DNA from: Candidatus Poribacteria bacterium
Lineage (GTDB): Bacteria; Poribacteria; WGA-4E; WGA-3G
NCBI GenBank assembly: GCA_965197475.1
Contig: CBDANF010000003.1
Coordinates: 1,248,001 to 1,312,000 of the forward strand
DNA: 64,000 nucleotides
Direction of reading: 5' to 3'
The notes under the pieces were generated by a model that searched no databases, was not told the DNA's origin, and was given only the letters and a program-made list of their open reading frames with translations. Of the stretch, positions 20,033 through 31,626 are shown piece after piece. A program made the position numbers and the translations under genes. The first letter of the stretch is position 1, and each line of letters opens with the position of its first letter.

Positions 20033-21490
20033 ATGTCCGATAAACCACATGTATTACTAATTTCCACAGACCATTGGCCCAACTCGTTACTTGGAGTCAG
20101 TGGGCATCCAAATATCCAAACACCAACACTTGACTCGCTTGCACGCGCAGGCACGCGCTACACACGCGGCTATAGCGAATGCCCTGTTTGCGTTCCAGCG
20201 CGAAAGACGTTGATGACTGGGACAACGACACGCACACACAAAGACAGAGTTTTCAATGACCGGAAGGGAATTAACGGACTCCCGACAATCGCACAGACAT
20301 TTAGAGATGCCGGGTATCAGGCTCACGCAGTCGGCAAACTACATGTCTATCCCCAACGTGACCGCATCGGATTTGATGATGTGCAGTTAGGCGAAGAAGG
20401 TAGACTACAATACGGTGTGATTGACGACTATGAACTATTTCTTGGAGACAGAGGCTACGCCGGGCAACAGTTTGCACACGGCATGTGCAATAACGATTAT
20501 CTCAACCGTCCTTGGCACCTTCCTGAAGATTGCCACGTCACCAACTGGAGCACGCAACAGATGGTGCGCCAGATTAAACGCCGCGACCCAACCCGCCCTG
20601 GATTCTGGTTCTTGTCCTATTGCCATCCGCATCCACCTTTGGCACCACTCCAATGCTATATGGACATGTATCGAAACATTGATATAGACATGCCTTATCA
20701 CGGTGAATGGTCGAAGGATACTGAAAAGTTACCTTTACCGCTAAAATCCAAACAGATGGAGAATTCGCTTTACAATGAGGACTTAATCCGTTCTGCACGT
20801 CAAGCCTTTTATGCACTTTGTACACACATTGACCATCAATTGCGCGTTGTTATCGGAACACTGCGCGAAGAAGGACTGCTAAACAACACGATTATACTTT
20901 TTACTTCGGATCACGGTGATATGCTTGGCAACCACAAACTTTGGGCGAAACGTCTCTATTACGAGGATTCTGCTAACGTTCCGATGATTCTTGTTGGCAC
21001 TGCAGGCGATAAACGTGTTGGACACCATAGGGTTGATGACAGACTTGTCGGATGGCAGGACGTTATGCCTACGCTACTTCATCTCGCTGGTGTTGAAATT
21101 CCAGATACAGTTGACGGGATTCCGATGGTTGGCGACCAAAAACGTGAATGGTTATACGGCGAAGTCGGCGATGGTAGTAGTGCTACCCGAATGATTCATG
21201 AGGGACGCTATAAACTTATCTACTATGCCACCGGAAACTACCGACAACTTTTTGATTTGGAAGAGGATCCGAAAGAACTAAACAACTTGTCCGATTCACC
21301 CGCGCATGCTGAAATGCTGGATCGGTTGACGAACCTCCTGATAGGTGAACTCTACAGAGGTGATGAAAAATGGGCACAAGATGGAGAACTTGTTGGTTTA
21401 CCTGATCGTGCCTATTATCCATCTGGAAACCGCAGCTTATCAGGGCAGCGCGGGCTTCACTGGCCACAGGCTCCGTCTACAGGGTGCTGA
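20033..21490 (+). CDS. Formylglycine-dependent sulfatase (Cys type)
   Basis: PHVLLISTDH; CVPARKTLMTG (CxPxR); GKLH; FTSDHGDMLG. Confidence 0.92.
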   Translation: MSDKPHVLLISTDHWPNSLLGVSGHPNIQTPTLDSLARAGTRYTRGYSECPVCVPARKTLMTGTTTRTHKDRVFNDRKGINGLPTIAQTFRDAGYQAHAVGKLHVYPQRDRIGFDDVQLGEEGRLQYGVIDDYELFLGDRGYAGQQFAHGMCNNDYLNRPWHLPEDCHVTNWSTQQMVRQIKRRDPTRPGFWFLSYCHPHPPLAPLQCYMDMYRNIDIDMPYHGEWSKDTEKLPLPLKSKQMENSLYNEDLIRSARQAFYALCTHIDHQLRVVIGTLREEGLLNNTIILFTSDHGDMLGNHKLWAKRLYYEDSANVPMILVGTAGDKRVGHHRVDDRLVGWQDVMPTLLHLAGVEIPDTVDGIPMVGDQKREWLYGEVGDGSSATRMIHEGRYKLIYYATGNYRQLFDLEEDPKELNNLSDSPAHAEMLDRLTNLLIGELYRGDEKWAQDGELVGLPDRAYYPSGNRSLSGQRGLHWPQAPSTGC

Positions 21491-21569
21491 TTGTCTCTAC
21501 TAAATGTGGTATCCTTTTAACGGAGAAGGGCATTATTCGTGGGTTTATAACCGCCTCATTCCCCAGGAC

Positions 21570-21594
21570 GGTAGGCGCGGTTTCTAACCGCGCC
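21570..21594. repeat. GTAG REP-like hairpin
   Basis: GGTAGGCGCGGTTTCTAACCGCGCC immediately upstream of hsdM. Confidence 0.75.
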
Positions 21595-21637
21595 ATGCAT
21601 CTTATGAAAATACCGAAATAGGACCTTCTAAAAAAAT

Positions 21638-23245
21638 ATGGCAAAAAAGAAGTCAGACACAAACGCGAATAAAAACGGTGCAACGCTCGGCTTTGAAGCG
21701 ACTTTATATCAAGCAGCTGATAAACTCCGCAACAACATGGATGCTGCCGAATATAAGCATGTAGTGTTAGGGTTAATTTTTCTCAAATATATCTCGGATT
21801 CTTTTGAGGAAAAGTACAATTTTCTGCTGCAAGAATATGCAGATCCTCAGAGTGAACTTTATACTACAGAGGAATACGACCCTTATGCGTATGCAGAGGA
21901 TAGAGATGAATACTTGGCAGAAAACATCTTTTATGTGCCGAAGGAAGCGCGCTGGTCATATTTGCAAGCTAACGCAAAGCAAGCAGAAATTGGGAAACTG
22001 ATTGATGACGCGATGCATGCAATTGAACAGGAAAACCCACGGCTCAAAGGTGTTCTGCCCAAGAACTATGCACGACCGACGCTTGACAAGCGAACACTTG
22101 GTGAACTCGTTGACCTCATCGGCACAATCGGTTTAGGCGAAGAAGAGAATCGCTCAAAGGATATATTGGGCAGAGTTTATGAATATTTCCTTGCACGGTT
22201 TGCCAGTGCCGAAGGCAAAAGAGGAGGGCAGTTTTACACCCCTCGCTGTGTTGTGCAGCTGCTTGTTGAAATGCTCGCGCCATATCAAGGACGGATTTAC
22301 GACCCGTGCTGCGGTTCAGGCGGGATGTTTGTCCAAAGTGAGGAATTCGTTGAAGCACACGGGGGGCAGCGCGATGATATCTCCATCTATGGACAGGAGT
22401 CTAACCCAACTACACGGCAATTGGCACTAATGAACCTCGCTATTCGCGGAATTGAGGCGAATCTCGGACAGGAATACGCTGACAGTTTTCACGACGATCA
22501 ACACCCAGACCTGAAAGTTGATTACATCCTTGCCAATCCTCCCTTCAACAGTAGCGACTGGGGCGGTGACCGATTGCGTGAAGATAAACGTTGGACTTAC
22601 GGCACGCCACCTACCGGCAACGCTAACTTTGCTTGGGTACAGCACTTTATCTATCACCTTGCACCAAATGGGATCGCTGGGTTTGTGTTGGCGAACGGTT
22701 TAATGAGTAGTAATACCGCAACCGAAGGCGAAATTCGTAAGAACATTATTGAAGCAGATTTAGTTGATTGCATGGTCGCGTTACCCGGACAGCTTTTCTA
22801 TTCCACATCCATTCCCGTTTGTCTATGGTTTATCGCAAGGAACAAAGAAAACCACCGCTTTCGCAAGCGAACAGGTGAGACACTTTTTATAGATGCCCGC
22901 AGATTAGGAAAGATGATTGACCGCGTACACCGTGAGTTAACTAATTCGGAAATGACACGTATTGCTGAAACCTATCACGCATGGCGCGGTGATGAAGGCG
23001 CAGGTGAATATAACGACGTGCCCGGTTTCTGTAAAAGTATAATGCTTGCAGAAATTCAAGAGAACGGTAACGTTCTGACTCCCGGCCGCTACGTCGGCGC
23101 AGAAATAGTGGAAGAGGACGACGAACAATTTGAAGACATAATGGTAGACTTGACTGAGAAATTAACTAAACAGATGGCAGAAGCGAGACGATTAGATGAT
23201 GCCATACGTGAAAATTTGCAGATGCTCGGATTTGGAAATGAATAA
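21638..23245 (+). CDS. hsdM: Type I restriction-modification methyltransferase subunit
   Basis: [17 protein letters not shown]; GQFYTP; [11 protein letters not shown] (SAM binding); ANPPFN. Confidence 0.96.
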   Translation: MAKKKSDTNANKNGATLGFEATLYQAADKLRNNMDAAEYKHVVLGLIFLKYISDSFEEKYNFLLQEYADPQSELYTTEEYDPYAYAEDRDEYLAENIFYVPKEARWSYLQANAKQAEIGKLIDDAMHAIEQENPRLKGVLPKNYARPTLDKRTLGELVDLIGTIGLGEEENRSKDILGRVYEYFLARFASAEGKRGGQFYTPRCVVQLLVEMLAPYQGRIYDPCCGSGGMFVQSEEFVEAHGGQRDDISIYGQESNPTTRQLALMNLAIRGIEANLGQEYADSFHDDQHPDLKVDYILANPPFNSSDWGGDRLREDKRWTYGTPPTGNANFAWVQHFIYHLAPNGIAGFVLANGLMSSNTATEGEIRKNIIEADLVDCMVALPGQLFYSTSIPVCLWFIARNKENHRFRKRTGETLFIDARRLGKMIDRVHRELTNSEMTRIAETYHAWRGDEGAGEYNDVPGFCKSIMLAEIQENGNVLTPGRYVGAEIVEEDDEQFEDIMVDLTEKLTKQMAEARRLDDAIRENLQMLGFGNE

Positions 23246-23254
23246 GGAGGAAAA

Positions 23255-23503
23255 ATGACAGTAAAAGAATTAATGGCACTTCTCGAAAAATATCCTGACG
23301 ATTTACGAGTTGTTGTCAACGGTTATGAAGATGGTTATGATGATATCTTACCAGAACGGATTTCCACCAGAAAAATACAGTTAGATGCTGGAACTCACGA
23401 CTGGGAAGGAAAACACAACGATCCGCCTTATGAAACTGAAGCAACAACAGATGATGCCAAGATTGTAGAGGCTTTGGTTTTTCACCGCGCGCCATATTAT
23501 TAA
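23255..23503 (+). CDS. Small acidic hypothetical protein inside the hsd operon
   Basis: Strong AGGAGG site; 82 aa, MTVKELMALLEKYPDDLRVVVNGYEDGYDD. Confidence 0.75.
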   Translation: MTVKELMALLEKYPDDLRVVVNGYEDGYDDILPERISTRKIQLDAGTHDWEGKHNDPPYETEATTDDAKIVEALVFHRAPYY

Positions 23504-23521
23504 AATTGAAAAGGATCTAAT

Positions 23522-24736
23522 ATGAAAAGTGAGCGGGTTAAAACCACCCTTGGTAGCTTGTTGTCACTCTCCAATGGTAAATCTAGTCCTGAACGCTCCA
23601 ACGACTTGCCATACCCTGTTTATGGCGGTAATGGGGTTATAGGATTCGCCGACGAGACGAATTCCAATCCTGGTACAATTATTATCGGGCGTGTTGGTAG
23701 TTATTGTGGCTCTGTACACTTTAGCGATAATTCTTGTTGGGTAACTGACAATGCTATTCGGGCTAAGGCAATGAACGGAAACGATCCAAGATTTCTTTTC
23801 TACATGCTTCAAACCCTTCACTTGAATAATTATCGGGCAGGTTCGGGACAACCATTACTTAATCAGACTATTCTTTCGCAGATATATGCAACTATTCCCG
23901 CGCCTTCTGAACAACGCCGCATCGCTCACATCCTCGGCACACTTGACGACAAAATTGAACTCAACCGACAGATGAATAAGACGTTAGAAGCAATGGCAAG
24001 GGCAATTTTCAAATCGTGGTTTGTAAACTTTGACCCCGTAAAAGCAAAAATGGAGGGACGCAAACCTGTATGCATGGATGTCGAAACTGCTGCCTTATTT
24101 TCATCTGCGTTCCAGGATTCTCCGCTGGGGAAAATTCCACGGGGATGGGAAATTGGCACACTTGGCGAGATTGCAAAAAATGTTCGGAAAAGTGTAAAAG
24201 CAAATGAAATTGACTCTAGCGAATGTTTTATCGGCTTAGAACACATGCCGAGGCGAAATATCGCGCTCTCTCAATGGCAAGTAGATGCTGAAATCGCAAG
24301 CAATAAGTATCGTTTCAGAAAAGGTGGAATTCTTTTTGGCAAACTTAACTCACATTTCCACAAGGTTGGCGTTGCGCCTATTGACGGGGTTTGCTCAACT
24401 GACATTTTAGTAATTCAGCCAATTGATGCGGGGTGGTTCGGAGTTGTTTTAAGTCTTATATCCAGCGATAATTTTGTTGCTTATACCACTGCATTCTCGA
24501 AAGGAACTACATTGCCACGAACAAATTGGAAAGACATGTCAAATTACAAAACCGTACTACCTAAAGTTGAAATTGCCCATAAATACTCTGAATTCATACA
24601 ACCAATTATCAAAAGAATTATTGAAAATATTCATCAATCCCACACCCTTTCCCAAATCCGTGATACACTGATGCCGAAGTTATTATCCGGCGAAATACGC
24701 GTAGACGATGCAGATGAGATATTGGAGAAAATTTAG
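23522..24736 (+). CDS. hsdS: Type I restriction-modification specificity subunit
   Basis: Two target-recognition regions; central EQRRIAHILGTLDDKIELN...FKSWFV; C-terminal RDTLMPKLLSGEIRV. Confidence 0.95.
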   Translation: MKSERVKTTLGSLLSLSNGKSSPERSNDLPYPVYGGNGVIGFADETNSNPGTIIIGRVGSYCGSVHFSDNSCWVTDNAIRAKAMNGNDPRFLFYMLQTLHLNNYRAGSGQPLLNQTILSQIYATIPAPSEQRRIAHILGTLDDKIELNRQMNKTLEAMARAIFKSWFVNFDPVKAKMEGRKPVCMDVETAALFSSAFQDSPLGKIPRGWEIGTLGEIAKNVRKSVKANEIDSSECFIGLEHMPRRNIALSQWQVDAEIASNKYRFRKGGILFGKLNSHFHKVGVAPIDGVCSTDILVIQPIDAGWFGVVLSLISSDNFVAYTTAFSKGTTLPRTNWKDMSNYKTVLPKVEIAHKYSEFIQPIIKRIIENIHQSHTLSQIRDTLMPKLLSGEIRVDDADEILEKI

Positions 24737-25960
24737 ATGTCTCAACAGACTGTCCCCCACATTGAGTCATTGCGTGTAAAAAACTACCGCGCACTACGAG
24801 ATATAGAATTGAAACAACTTAAACCGTTAACTGTCTTTTTAGGAGCAAACGGGAGTGGGAAATCAACGTTCTTTGATGTGTTTGCGTTTCTCGCTGAATG
24901 TTTCACAGTCGGGTTACGTCAAGCGTGGAATAAAAGAGGTGGGTTTAAAGAACTGAGGACTCGCGGAAGTAATGGACCGATTGAATTTAAGTTGAAATAT
25001 CGTGAGGAACCTGGTACTCCAATTATCACCTACCATCTTTCTATTGACGAAAACGCTGAAGGTCCCTTTGTTGGTACTGAATGGCTGCAATGGCGGCGCG
25101 GTAGTCGAGGAAAACCGGTTCGCTTCCTTGATTTTCATCGGGGGATAGGAAGCATCATTGCCGGCGAAAAACCAGATGAAGCAGATACTCGAACTGATGA
25201 ACAATTTGATGATGCCTCAATGATCGCTGTGAGTACGCTAGGGCAATTAACAAGGTATCCCCGCGTGAGTGCTCTTCGCCGCTTTATTACAGACTGGCAC
25301 CTCTCCGATCTTTCCACCGATGCTGCACGCCAAGCAACCGACGATGGACCGCAAAAGCGGTTATCCGAAACAGGAGACAACCTACCCAACGTTATTCAGT
25401 ATCTGCAGGAAAGATACCCAGAACGTCTGGAAAAAATTATATCGGTTCTATCAGATCGGGTGCCGCGCTTAGAAAAGGTGGACACAGAATTAATGATGGA
25501 TGGCCGCCGCTTGCTAAAAATTAAAGATGCGCCGTTTGAGCAACCCATATTAGCAAAGTTCGCCTCCGATGGCACATTGAAGCTGCTATCCTATCTAACT
25601 CTATTTCATGATAGACAACCACCACAATTGATCGGTATTGAGGAACCTGAAAATTACCTACACCCGCGCCTGCTAACCGGTTTAGTAGGAGAATGTCTTG
25701 AAGTGTCAATGATGTCTCAACTCATAATTACCACACATTCACCCCGTTTTGTCAATGAACTTAGTGCTGATGAGGTGTGGGTGTTGTATCGAGATGAGCA
25801 AGGTTTCACGGTGTGCAAACGTGCGTCGGAAATGCTGGGAATAGAGCAGCTTTTGGATGCAGGTGCAAAGTTGGGAAAACTCTGGATGGAAGGTTACTTT
25901 GAATTCGGTGACCCGTTGACCAATGCAGGCGGTCCAAAGCGGGGTGTGCATGCACATTAA
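24737..25960 (+). CDS. ABC-type ATPase (AAA_21/OLD-like)
   Basis: Walker A GANGSGKS; signature ASDGT; Walker B IEEPENYLHP; H-loop TTHSP. Confidence 0.9.
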   Translation: MSQQTVPHIESLRVKNYRALRDIELKQLKPLTVFLGANGSGKSTFFDVFAFLAECFTVGLRQAWNKRGGFKELRTRGSNGPIEFKLKYREEPGTPIITYHLSIDENAEGPFVGTEWLQWRRGSRGKPVRFLDFHRGIGSIIAGEKPDEADTRTDEQFDDASMIAVSTLGQLTRYPRVSALRRFITDWHLSDLSTDAARQATDDGPQKRLSETGDNLPNVIQYLQERYPERLEKIISVLSDRVPRLEKVDTELMMDGRRLLKIKDAPFEQPILAKFASDGTLKLLSYLTLFHDRQPPQLIGIEEPENYLHPRLLTGLVGECLEVSMMSQLIITTHSPRFVNELSADEVWVLYRDEQGFTVCKRASEMLGIEQLLDAGAKLGKLWMEGYFEFGDPLTNAGGPKRGVHAH

Positions 25961-26573
25961 ATTCTTCTTGGAGGAGTTATCTGCTGAAGAAGCTTTAACG
26001 CATATCTTACCAAAAATTTTGGCAGACGATGTCAGTTATGAATTCCATGTCTCTGAAGGAAGAGACGATCTGCTTGAAGAATTACCAAAGCTATTGAGAG
26101 GACACCAATGGATACCCGATGATTGGCGAATTGTCGTACTTATTGATGAAGATCGGAAAGATTGTCGCGAACTGAAAACATATTTAGAAAAGGCATCACG
26201 CGAAGCGGGTTTTGTGACAAAATCCAGTGCGATTCCGAACGAAGATTTTCAAGTTGTCAATCGAATAGCAATTGAAGAATTAGAGGCATGGTTTTTTGGA
26301 GATATTGAAGCCTTGCACGCAGCTTATCCCAGAATCTCAAGGAACCTCCACGCTAAGGCAAAATACCGGAATCCCGACGCAATCCAGGGCGGCACGTATG
26401 AGGCATTGAGAGACTTGCTCATTCAGAAAAAATACTTTACAGGACGGATATCCAAACCTACAGTAGCACAGAACATTGCACAACACATGGAACCGAGCCG
26501 AAACATATCGAAAAGTTTTCAAGTATTTGTTGAAGGACTCAAGGCATGCGTAGGAAAAGAATTGTTGGTGTAA
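25950..26573 (+). CDS. DUF4276-like TOPRIM-fold protein
   Basis: FLEELSAE, VLIDEDRKD (DxD), IEELEAWFFGD, C-terminal SKSFQVF. Overlaps the ATPase stop. Confidence 0.8.
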   Translation: MHIKFFLEELSAEEALTHILPKILADDVSYEFHVSEGRDDLLEELPKLLRGHQWIPDDWRIVVLIDEDRKDCRELKTYLEKASREAGFVTKSSAIPNEDFQVVNRIAIEELEAWFFGDIEALHAAYPRISRNLHAKAKYRNPDAIQGGTYEALRDLLIQKKYFTGRISKPTVAQNIAQHMEPSRNISKSFQVFVEGLKACVGKELLV

Positions 26574-26591
26574 CCTGCTTGGAGCAACAAC

Positions 26592-29500
26592 ATGAATCTC
26601 GATAAAATTTACGAATCCGATATTGAAGAAGCTGCGCTCAATTGGTTTGCCGACTTGGGTTATACCGTGTTACACGGTCCTAACATCGCACCAGACGCAC
26701 CTGCCTCTGAACGTTCCACTTACAAGGAAGTCGTTTTGACGCGCCGTTTACAAGATGTTGTTGCCCGCCTAAATCCAAACATACCCACCGAAGCACAGGA
26801 AGAAGCAATCAGCAAAGTGCTTAATCCAGATTCCCCCGCATTGGTTCAGAATAACCGCGCATTTCATCAGATGTTAGTTGACGGTATAGAGGTTGAATAT
26901 CGGCAGACAGACGGAACGGTCCGCGGTGATCGCGTGCGGTTGATTGATTTTGAAACGCCAGAAAACAATGATTGGTTGGCGATCAACCAGTTCACAGTAA
27001 TTGGAGAAAGCGAACGCCGCCCGGACATTGTGCTGTTTATCAATGGACTCCTTTTAGCCATCATAGAACTCAAAAATCCAACTGATGAAAAAGCTACCAT
27101 CTCAACCGCTTTTCGTCAAATTCAAACCTACAAACAGGAAATTCCGACACTGTTCACCTATAACGAAATGGTTGTTATCTCAGATGGATTAGAGGCGCGC
27201 ATCGGGTCTTTAACTGCCGACAAGGAGTGGTTTCTGCCGTGGCGGACAATTGAAGGAGAAAACGAAGCACCATCAACCGAATTAGAATTAGAGGTATTGA
27301 TTAAGGGTGCCTTTCAGAAATACCGATTTTTGCGTTATCTAAAACACTTCATCGTTTTTGAAGAAACAGAGAGCGGAACAATTGCCAAAAAAATCGCCGG
27401 TTATCACCAATTCCATGCTGTCCAAACAGCGGTTGACACAACATTAAAAGCGTCATCTTCCGAAGGAGATCAACAGTGCGGGGTCGTTTGGCATACGCAA
27501 GGCTCTGGCAAAAGCTTAACGATGGCTTTTTACGCTGGCAGCATCGTCCAACATCCGCAGATGGAAAACCCTACCCTTGTCGTTATCACTGACACAAACG
27601 ACCTTGACGATCAACTGTTCGGCGCATTCGCTCGATGTCACCAACTGCTGCGACAGAAACCGGTACAAGCACAAAGTAGGCAAAACTTACGCGAACTTCT
27701 GAAGGTTGCCTCTGGCGGAGTAGTCTTTACCACAGTTCACAAGTTTTTCCCAGAAGGTGAAGAGACACGTTTTCCGCAACTGTCTGACCGCCGAAACATC
27801 GTGGTAATTGCAGACGAAGCACATCGGAGCCAGTACGGCTTTATTGATGGGTTTGCTGCTCACATACGCGATGCGCTTCCGAATGCGTCTTTTATCGGTT
27901 TTACCGGCACCCCAGTTGAACTCACAGATCGTAATACCGTTGCCGTTTTTGGAGATTACATTAGTATCTACGACATCCAACAAGCGGTTGATGATGGCGC
28001 AACCGTACCAATTTTTTATGAAAGCCGTCTTGCCAAAATTGAACTCGACGAAGACGAAAAACCTCACATTGATCCGGAATTCGAAGAACTGACCGAAGCG
28101 GAAGAAATAACACAAAAGGAAAAACTCAAAACCAAGTGGGCGCAGCTTGAAAAGTTAATGGGAACAGAAAAACGACTGGGACTCATCGCAGATGATATAA
28201 TTGAACACTTTGCAGAACGTTTAGAGGTAATAGATGGTAAGGGGATGATTGTCTGTATGAGCCGCCGCATCTGCGTTGACCTCTACAATGCGATTATTCA
28301 ACGCTGTCCAGAGTGGCACAACGACGATGACAAGAAAAGTGCAATAAAAGTCGTGATGACAGGCTCCGCTTCTGATGACGAATCATGGCATCCACATATC
28401 CGAAATAAGAAACGGCGAGAAGAAATGGCAGTCCGATTCAAAAACGCAGAAGACCCGTTCAAACTTGTTATCGTCCGTGATATGTGGTTAACTGGATTTG
28501 ACGCGCCGAGTCTTCACACTATGTATGTAGACAAACCAATGCGTGGACATGGACTCATGCAAGCAATTGCCCGTGTTAATCGCGTGTACCGTGACAAACC
28601 GGGAGGTTTGATAGTAGACTACATAGGACTCGCGTACCATCTAAAACAAGCATTAAGTAATTACACCAAAAGCGGCGGAAAAGGGAATACTACCCTTGAC
28701 AAAAACGAAGCAGTTGCAGTAATGATGGAAAAGCATGAAATTTGCTGTAATTTGTTTCATGGGTTTGACTGGTCATTGTGGACTACAGGGAACGCGGCAG
28801 ATCGGCTCAAATTGCTACCTGCAGCACAAGAACATATCCTGCAACAAAAGGATGGAAAAGAGCGTCTACTGCAAACTGTTTCCGAACTGACCAAGGCATT
28901 TGCACTGGCAGTCCCACATGAAAAAACAACCGAGATACGAGACGATGTCGGATTTTTTCAGACGGTGAGAAAAGTTTTGGCAAAACCGACGGCTGCGGAA
29001 GAAGCACAGTTGGATGCGGCCGATCAAGCGATTAAGCAGTTGGTTTCCAAAGCGGTTGTCCCTGAAGGTGTGATTGATATATTCTCCGCCGCTGGACTGG
29101 AAAAGCCCGATGTCTCGATTCTCTCCGATGAATTCCTTGCTGACGTACAAGACATGCCCCATAAAAACTTGGCAGTTGAACTTTTGGAAAGATTACTTAG
29201 CGGTGAAATTAAAACGCGTTCACAGAAAAACGTTGTACAAAGCCGTTCATTTGCAGAGATGTTGGAACGTTCAATCCGCGCCTATCAGAATCGGACAATT
29301 GAAGCAGCACAAGTAATTGAAGAACTGATCGAAATCGCACAAGAGATGCGTCAAGCGCAAGACCGTGGCGACGCGTTAGGATTGTCAGATGAAGAATTAG
29401 CATTTTATGATGCACTTGAAACTAACGACAGTGCTGTTGAAGTCCTCGGTGATGAAACATTGAAAACCATTGCGATTGAACTTGTAGAAACCGTTCGAAA

Positions 29501-29669
29501 GAGTGTGACCATTGACTGGACAATCAAAGAGAGTGTCCGTGCAAAGATAAGATTAGCGGTAAAACGTATTCTGCGCAAACACGGCTACCCACCTGATAAA
29601 CAGGCAAAAGCCACCCAAACCGTATTAGAGCAGGCAGAAGTCCTGTGTAAGGGTTGGGTGATACAGTAG
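26592..29669 (+). CDS. hsdR: Type I restriction endonuclease subunit R
   Basis: [10 protein letters not shown]...IELKN nuclease motif; WHTQGSGKS; DEAHRSQYG; MWLTGFDAP; QAIARVNR. Confidence 0.96.
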   Translation: MNLDKIYESDIEEAALNWFADLGYTVLHGPNIAPDAPASERSTYKEVVLTRRLQDVVARLNPNIPTEAQEEAISKVLNPDSPALVQNNRAFHQMLVDGIEVEYRQTDGTVRGDRVRLIDFETPENNDWLAINQFTVIGESERRPDIVLFINGLLLAIIELKNPTDEKATISTAFRQIQTYKQEIPTLFTYNEMVVISDGLEARIGSLTADKEWFLPWRTIEGENEAPSTELELEVLIKGAFQKYRFLRYLKHFIVFEETESGTIAKKIAGYHQFHAVQTAVDTTLKASSSEGDQQCGVVWHTQGSGKSLTMAFYAGSIVQHPQMENPTLVVITDTNDLDDQLFGAFARCHQLLRQKPVQAQSRQNLRELLKVASGGVVFTTVHKFFPEGEETRFPQLSDRRNIVVIADEAHRSQYGFIDGFAAHIRDALPNASFIGFTGTPVELTDRNTVAVFGDYISIYDIQQAVDDGATVPIFYESRLAKIELDEDEKPHIDPEFEELTEAEEITQKEKLKTKWAQLEKLMGTEKRLGLIADDIIEHFAERLEVIDGKGMIVCMSRRICVDLYNAIIQRCPEWHNDDDKKSAIKVVMTGSASDDESWHPHIRNKKRREEMAVRFKNAEDPFKLVIVRDMWLTGFDAPSLHTMYVDKPMRGHGLMQAIARVNRVYRDKPGGLIVDYIGLAYHLKQALSNYTKSGGKGNTTLDKNEAVAVMMEKHEICCNLFHGFDWSLWTTGNAADRLKLLPAAQEHILQQKDGKERLLQTVSELTKAFALAVPHEKTTEIRDDVGFFQTVRKVLAKPTAAEEAQLDAADQAIKQLVSKAVVPEGVIDIFSAAGLEKPDVSILSDEFLADVQDMPHKNLAVELLERLLSGEIKTRSQKNVVQSRSFAEMLERSIRAYQNRTIEAAQVIEELIEIAQEMRQAQDRGDALGLSDEELAFYDALETNDSAVEVLGDETLKTIAIELVETVRKSVTIDWTIKESVRAKIRLAVKRILRKHGYPPDKQAKATQTVLEQAEVLCKGWVIQ

Positions 29670-29765
29670 TTGGGACAGAAGAGAGCACATAATTTTTTGA
29701 TAACTAATTCTTATCCAATTCTAAAAACGGAATATCATTCTTTACGAACATTTATTCATACATCC

Positions 29766-29794
29766 TTGACAAAATCAAAAGAATTCGTTACACT
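29766..29794 (+). promoter_or_regulatory. Sigma70-type promoter
   Basis: TTGACA-N17-TACACT. Confidence 0.65.
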
Positions 29795-29847
29795 AAACTA
29801 TTAAAATCATCTCCGCGTTAAGATGCGGAATATCTACGAGGGAAAAA

Positions 29848-30201
29848 ATGTTAGCTGAAATACGTCATAGAGAAGGTGTTATTGTTATTCGTCCCACCGG
29901 TCGCATGATCGGTGCAGCAAATGTTGAAATTAGACAGCAAATTCATGAAGAGCTTGAGGAGCACTTCGATTCACCAAAGGTCATCTTTAATCTTGAGGAG
30001 GTTACCCGAATGGATAGTAGCGGCTTAGGAACACTCGTTTCCGTGCACGTCACTATCACACGTAAGGGGGGACGCACTGCACTCGTCAACGCAGGCGCGC
30101 ATATTAGAAACCTGCTCGTTCTTGGAAGGTTAGCAACCGTTTTTGAGAATTACGACAGTGAAGAGGAAGCAATCCTTGAACTGAGCGCGGACAAGAGTTA
30201 G
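29848..30201 (+). CDS. STAS-domain anti-sigma factor antagonist
   Basis: VIFNLEEVTRMDSSGLGTLV. Confidence 0.9.
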   Translation: MLAEIRHREGVIVIRPTGRMIGAANVEIRQQIHEELEEHFDSPKVIFNLEEVTRMDSSGLGTLVSVHVTITRKGGRTALVNAGAHIRNLLVLGRLATVFENYDSEEEAILELSADKS

Positions 30202-30282
30202 CTTTTCTAATTTCCACCATTTTGCACCGCTATCAGTAACCACTCAAAATATCATTATGATTGAACGAGATTGAGGAGATTC

Positions 30283-31446
30283 ATGGCAAATCAGAATGAC
30301 CTAACGCTTACTGTCAACGCAGGCTTCCATAACCGGGATGGGTGTCCTGTTGTCGTTAATGTTGACCATCCCGCGGTGAGAGAGTTAATCAATAGCGATG
30401 TCATTTTAACCGATTCAGAAAGCGGAGATGTTATCTCTGCACAATGCTACAAAAGTGACGATCGCGCTTCTACCACCATAGCATGGATACTTGACAGACT
30501 CGCCGCTGGTGCCTCGCGCACCTATACGCTTTCGGAAGGTAGCGTTAACAAGGAAGCAGGTATTGAATTAAAATATGGTACGGAAACAATTGATGTTACA
30601 ATCAACGGACGACCGTTTACCACTTTCCGGTATGCCGAAACGCAGTTTCGTCCCTATTTTTTTTCTGTGTTGGGTCCGAACGGGTGCGAAGTGACACGAG
30701 GTGAAACGAGCGACATCTCAAAAGACCACGTGCATCACCGTTCTCTCTACGTCGCCTATGGTGAAGTTAATGACGTTGACTTGTGGGGAGAAGGTAAAAA
30801 TTGCGGAAGAGTTGTACTTCAAGGTTTCAGACAAAAACATGGGGGTGCTGTTGTCAGTAGAATCTATACTGACAACAGTTGGGAAACGAAAGATGGTGAA
30901 GTCTTGATGGCAGATAAGCAGCATTTTCGCATCTACAACTTGCCTGAGGATGGGGCCGTTGTTGACCTTGATTTAAGTTTTATCGCATCTGCAGGTGATG
31001 TCCATTTTGGTGACACCAAAGAGGGCGGTATCATGTGTATTCGAGTCCATCCGTCAATGAACGCTTCCGACGGTGGAAAGATTGAAAACGCTTTTGGCGG
31101 TATCAATGAAGGTGAAACATGGGGAAAACGTTCCAACTGGTGTGATTATTCCGGTGTCGTTGATAGCACGCCAGTTGGAATCGCTGTGTTCGACCATACT
31201 GTGAATCCACGGTATCCTACATATTGGCACGTTCGCAACTACGGACTAATGGGAAGCAACATTTTTGGAAGCGGCACCTTTGAACGAGACGCATCCAAAG
31301 ATGGTTCCTACACGCTAAAGCAAGGCGATGAGATGCACTTCCGGTTCCGTGTGCTTATTCATGCTGGCGATGCTACTGTCGGCAAAGTTGGACAGAAGTA
31401 CCACGATTTTATCAATCCTCCGACCGTTGAGATTTCAGAAGAATAG
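30283..31446 (+). CDS. DUF6807/'PmoA-family' beta-sandwich protein
   Basis: RPYFFSVLGPNG, DHVHHRSL, FGDTKEGG, WCDYSG, WHVRNYGLMG; GAGGAG site before ATG 30283. Confidence 0.7.
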   Translation: MANQNDLTLTVNAGFHNRDGCPVVVNVDHPAVRELINSDVILTDSESGDVISAQCYKSDDRASTTIAWILDRLAAGASRTYTLSEGSVNKEAGIELKYGTETIDVTINGRPFTTFRYAETQFRPYFFSVLGPNGCEVTRGETSDISKDHVHHRSLYVAYGEVNDVDLWGEGKNCGRVVLQGFRQKHGGAVVSRIYTDNSWETKDGEVLMADKQHFRIYNLPEDGAVVDLDLSFIASAGDVHFGDTKEGGIMCIRVHPSMNASDGGKIENAFGGINEGETWGKRSNWCDYSGVVDSTPVGIAVFDHTVNPRYPTYWHVRNYGLMGSNIFGSGTFERDASKDGSYTLKQGDEMHFRFRVLIHAGDATVGKVGQKYHDFINPPTVEISEE

Positions 31447-31626
31447 GTCCGACTACATAGTATCTGAACAGAATAGGCATGAACTAACAAATTATAGTTG
31501 GTGTTATCCAGCAATATCTAAATTGTCAAATACATCTCCACTGATTTTTTCAGTTGAGATTTCTTGACAATTAAAGGACTTACACATTATCCTGTGTCCT
31601 TTTATAATTTGCGTCCATCCTGATTA

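Noticed and set aside
30283-31446. Methane monooxygenase implied by the 'PmoA family' label
   Set aside because: The protein is soluble with no TM helices and there is no pmoCAB context; the label is only a family name.
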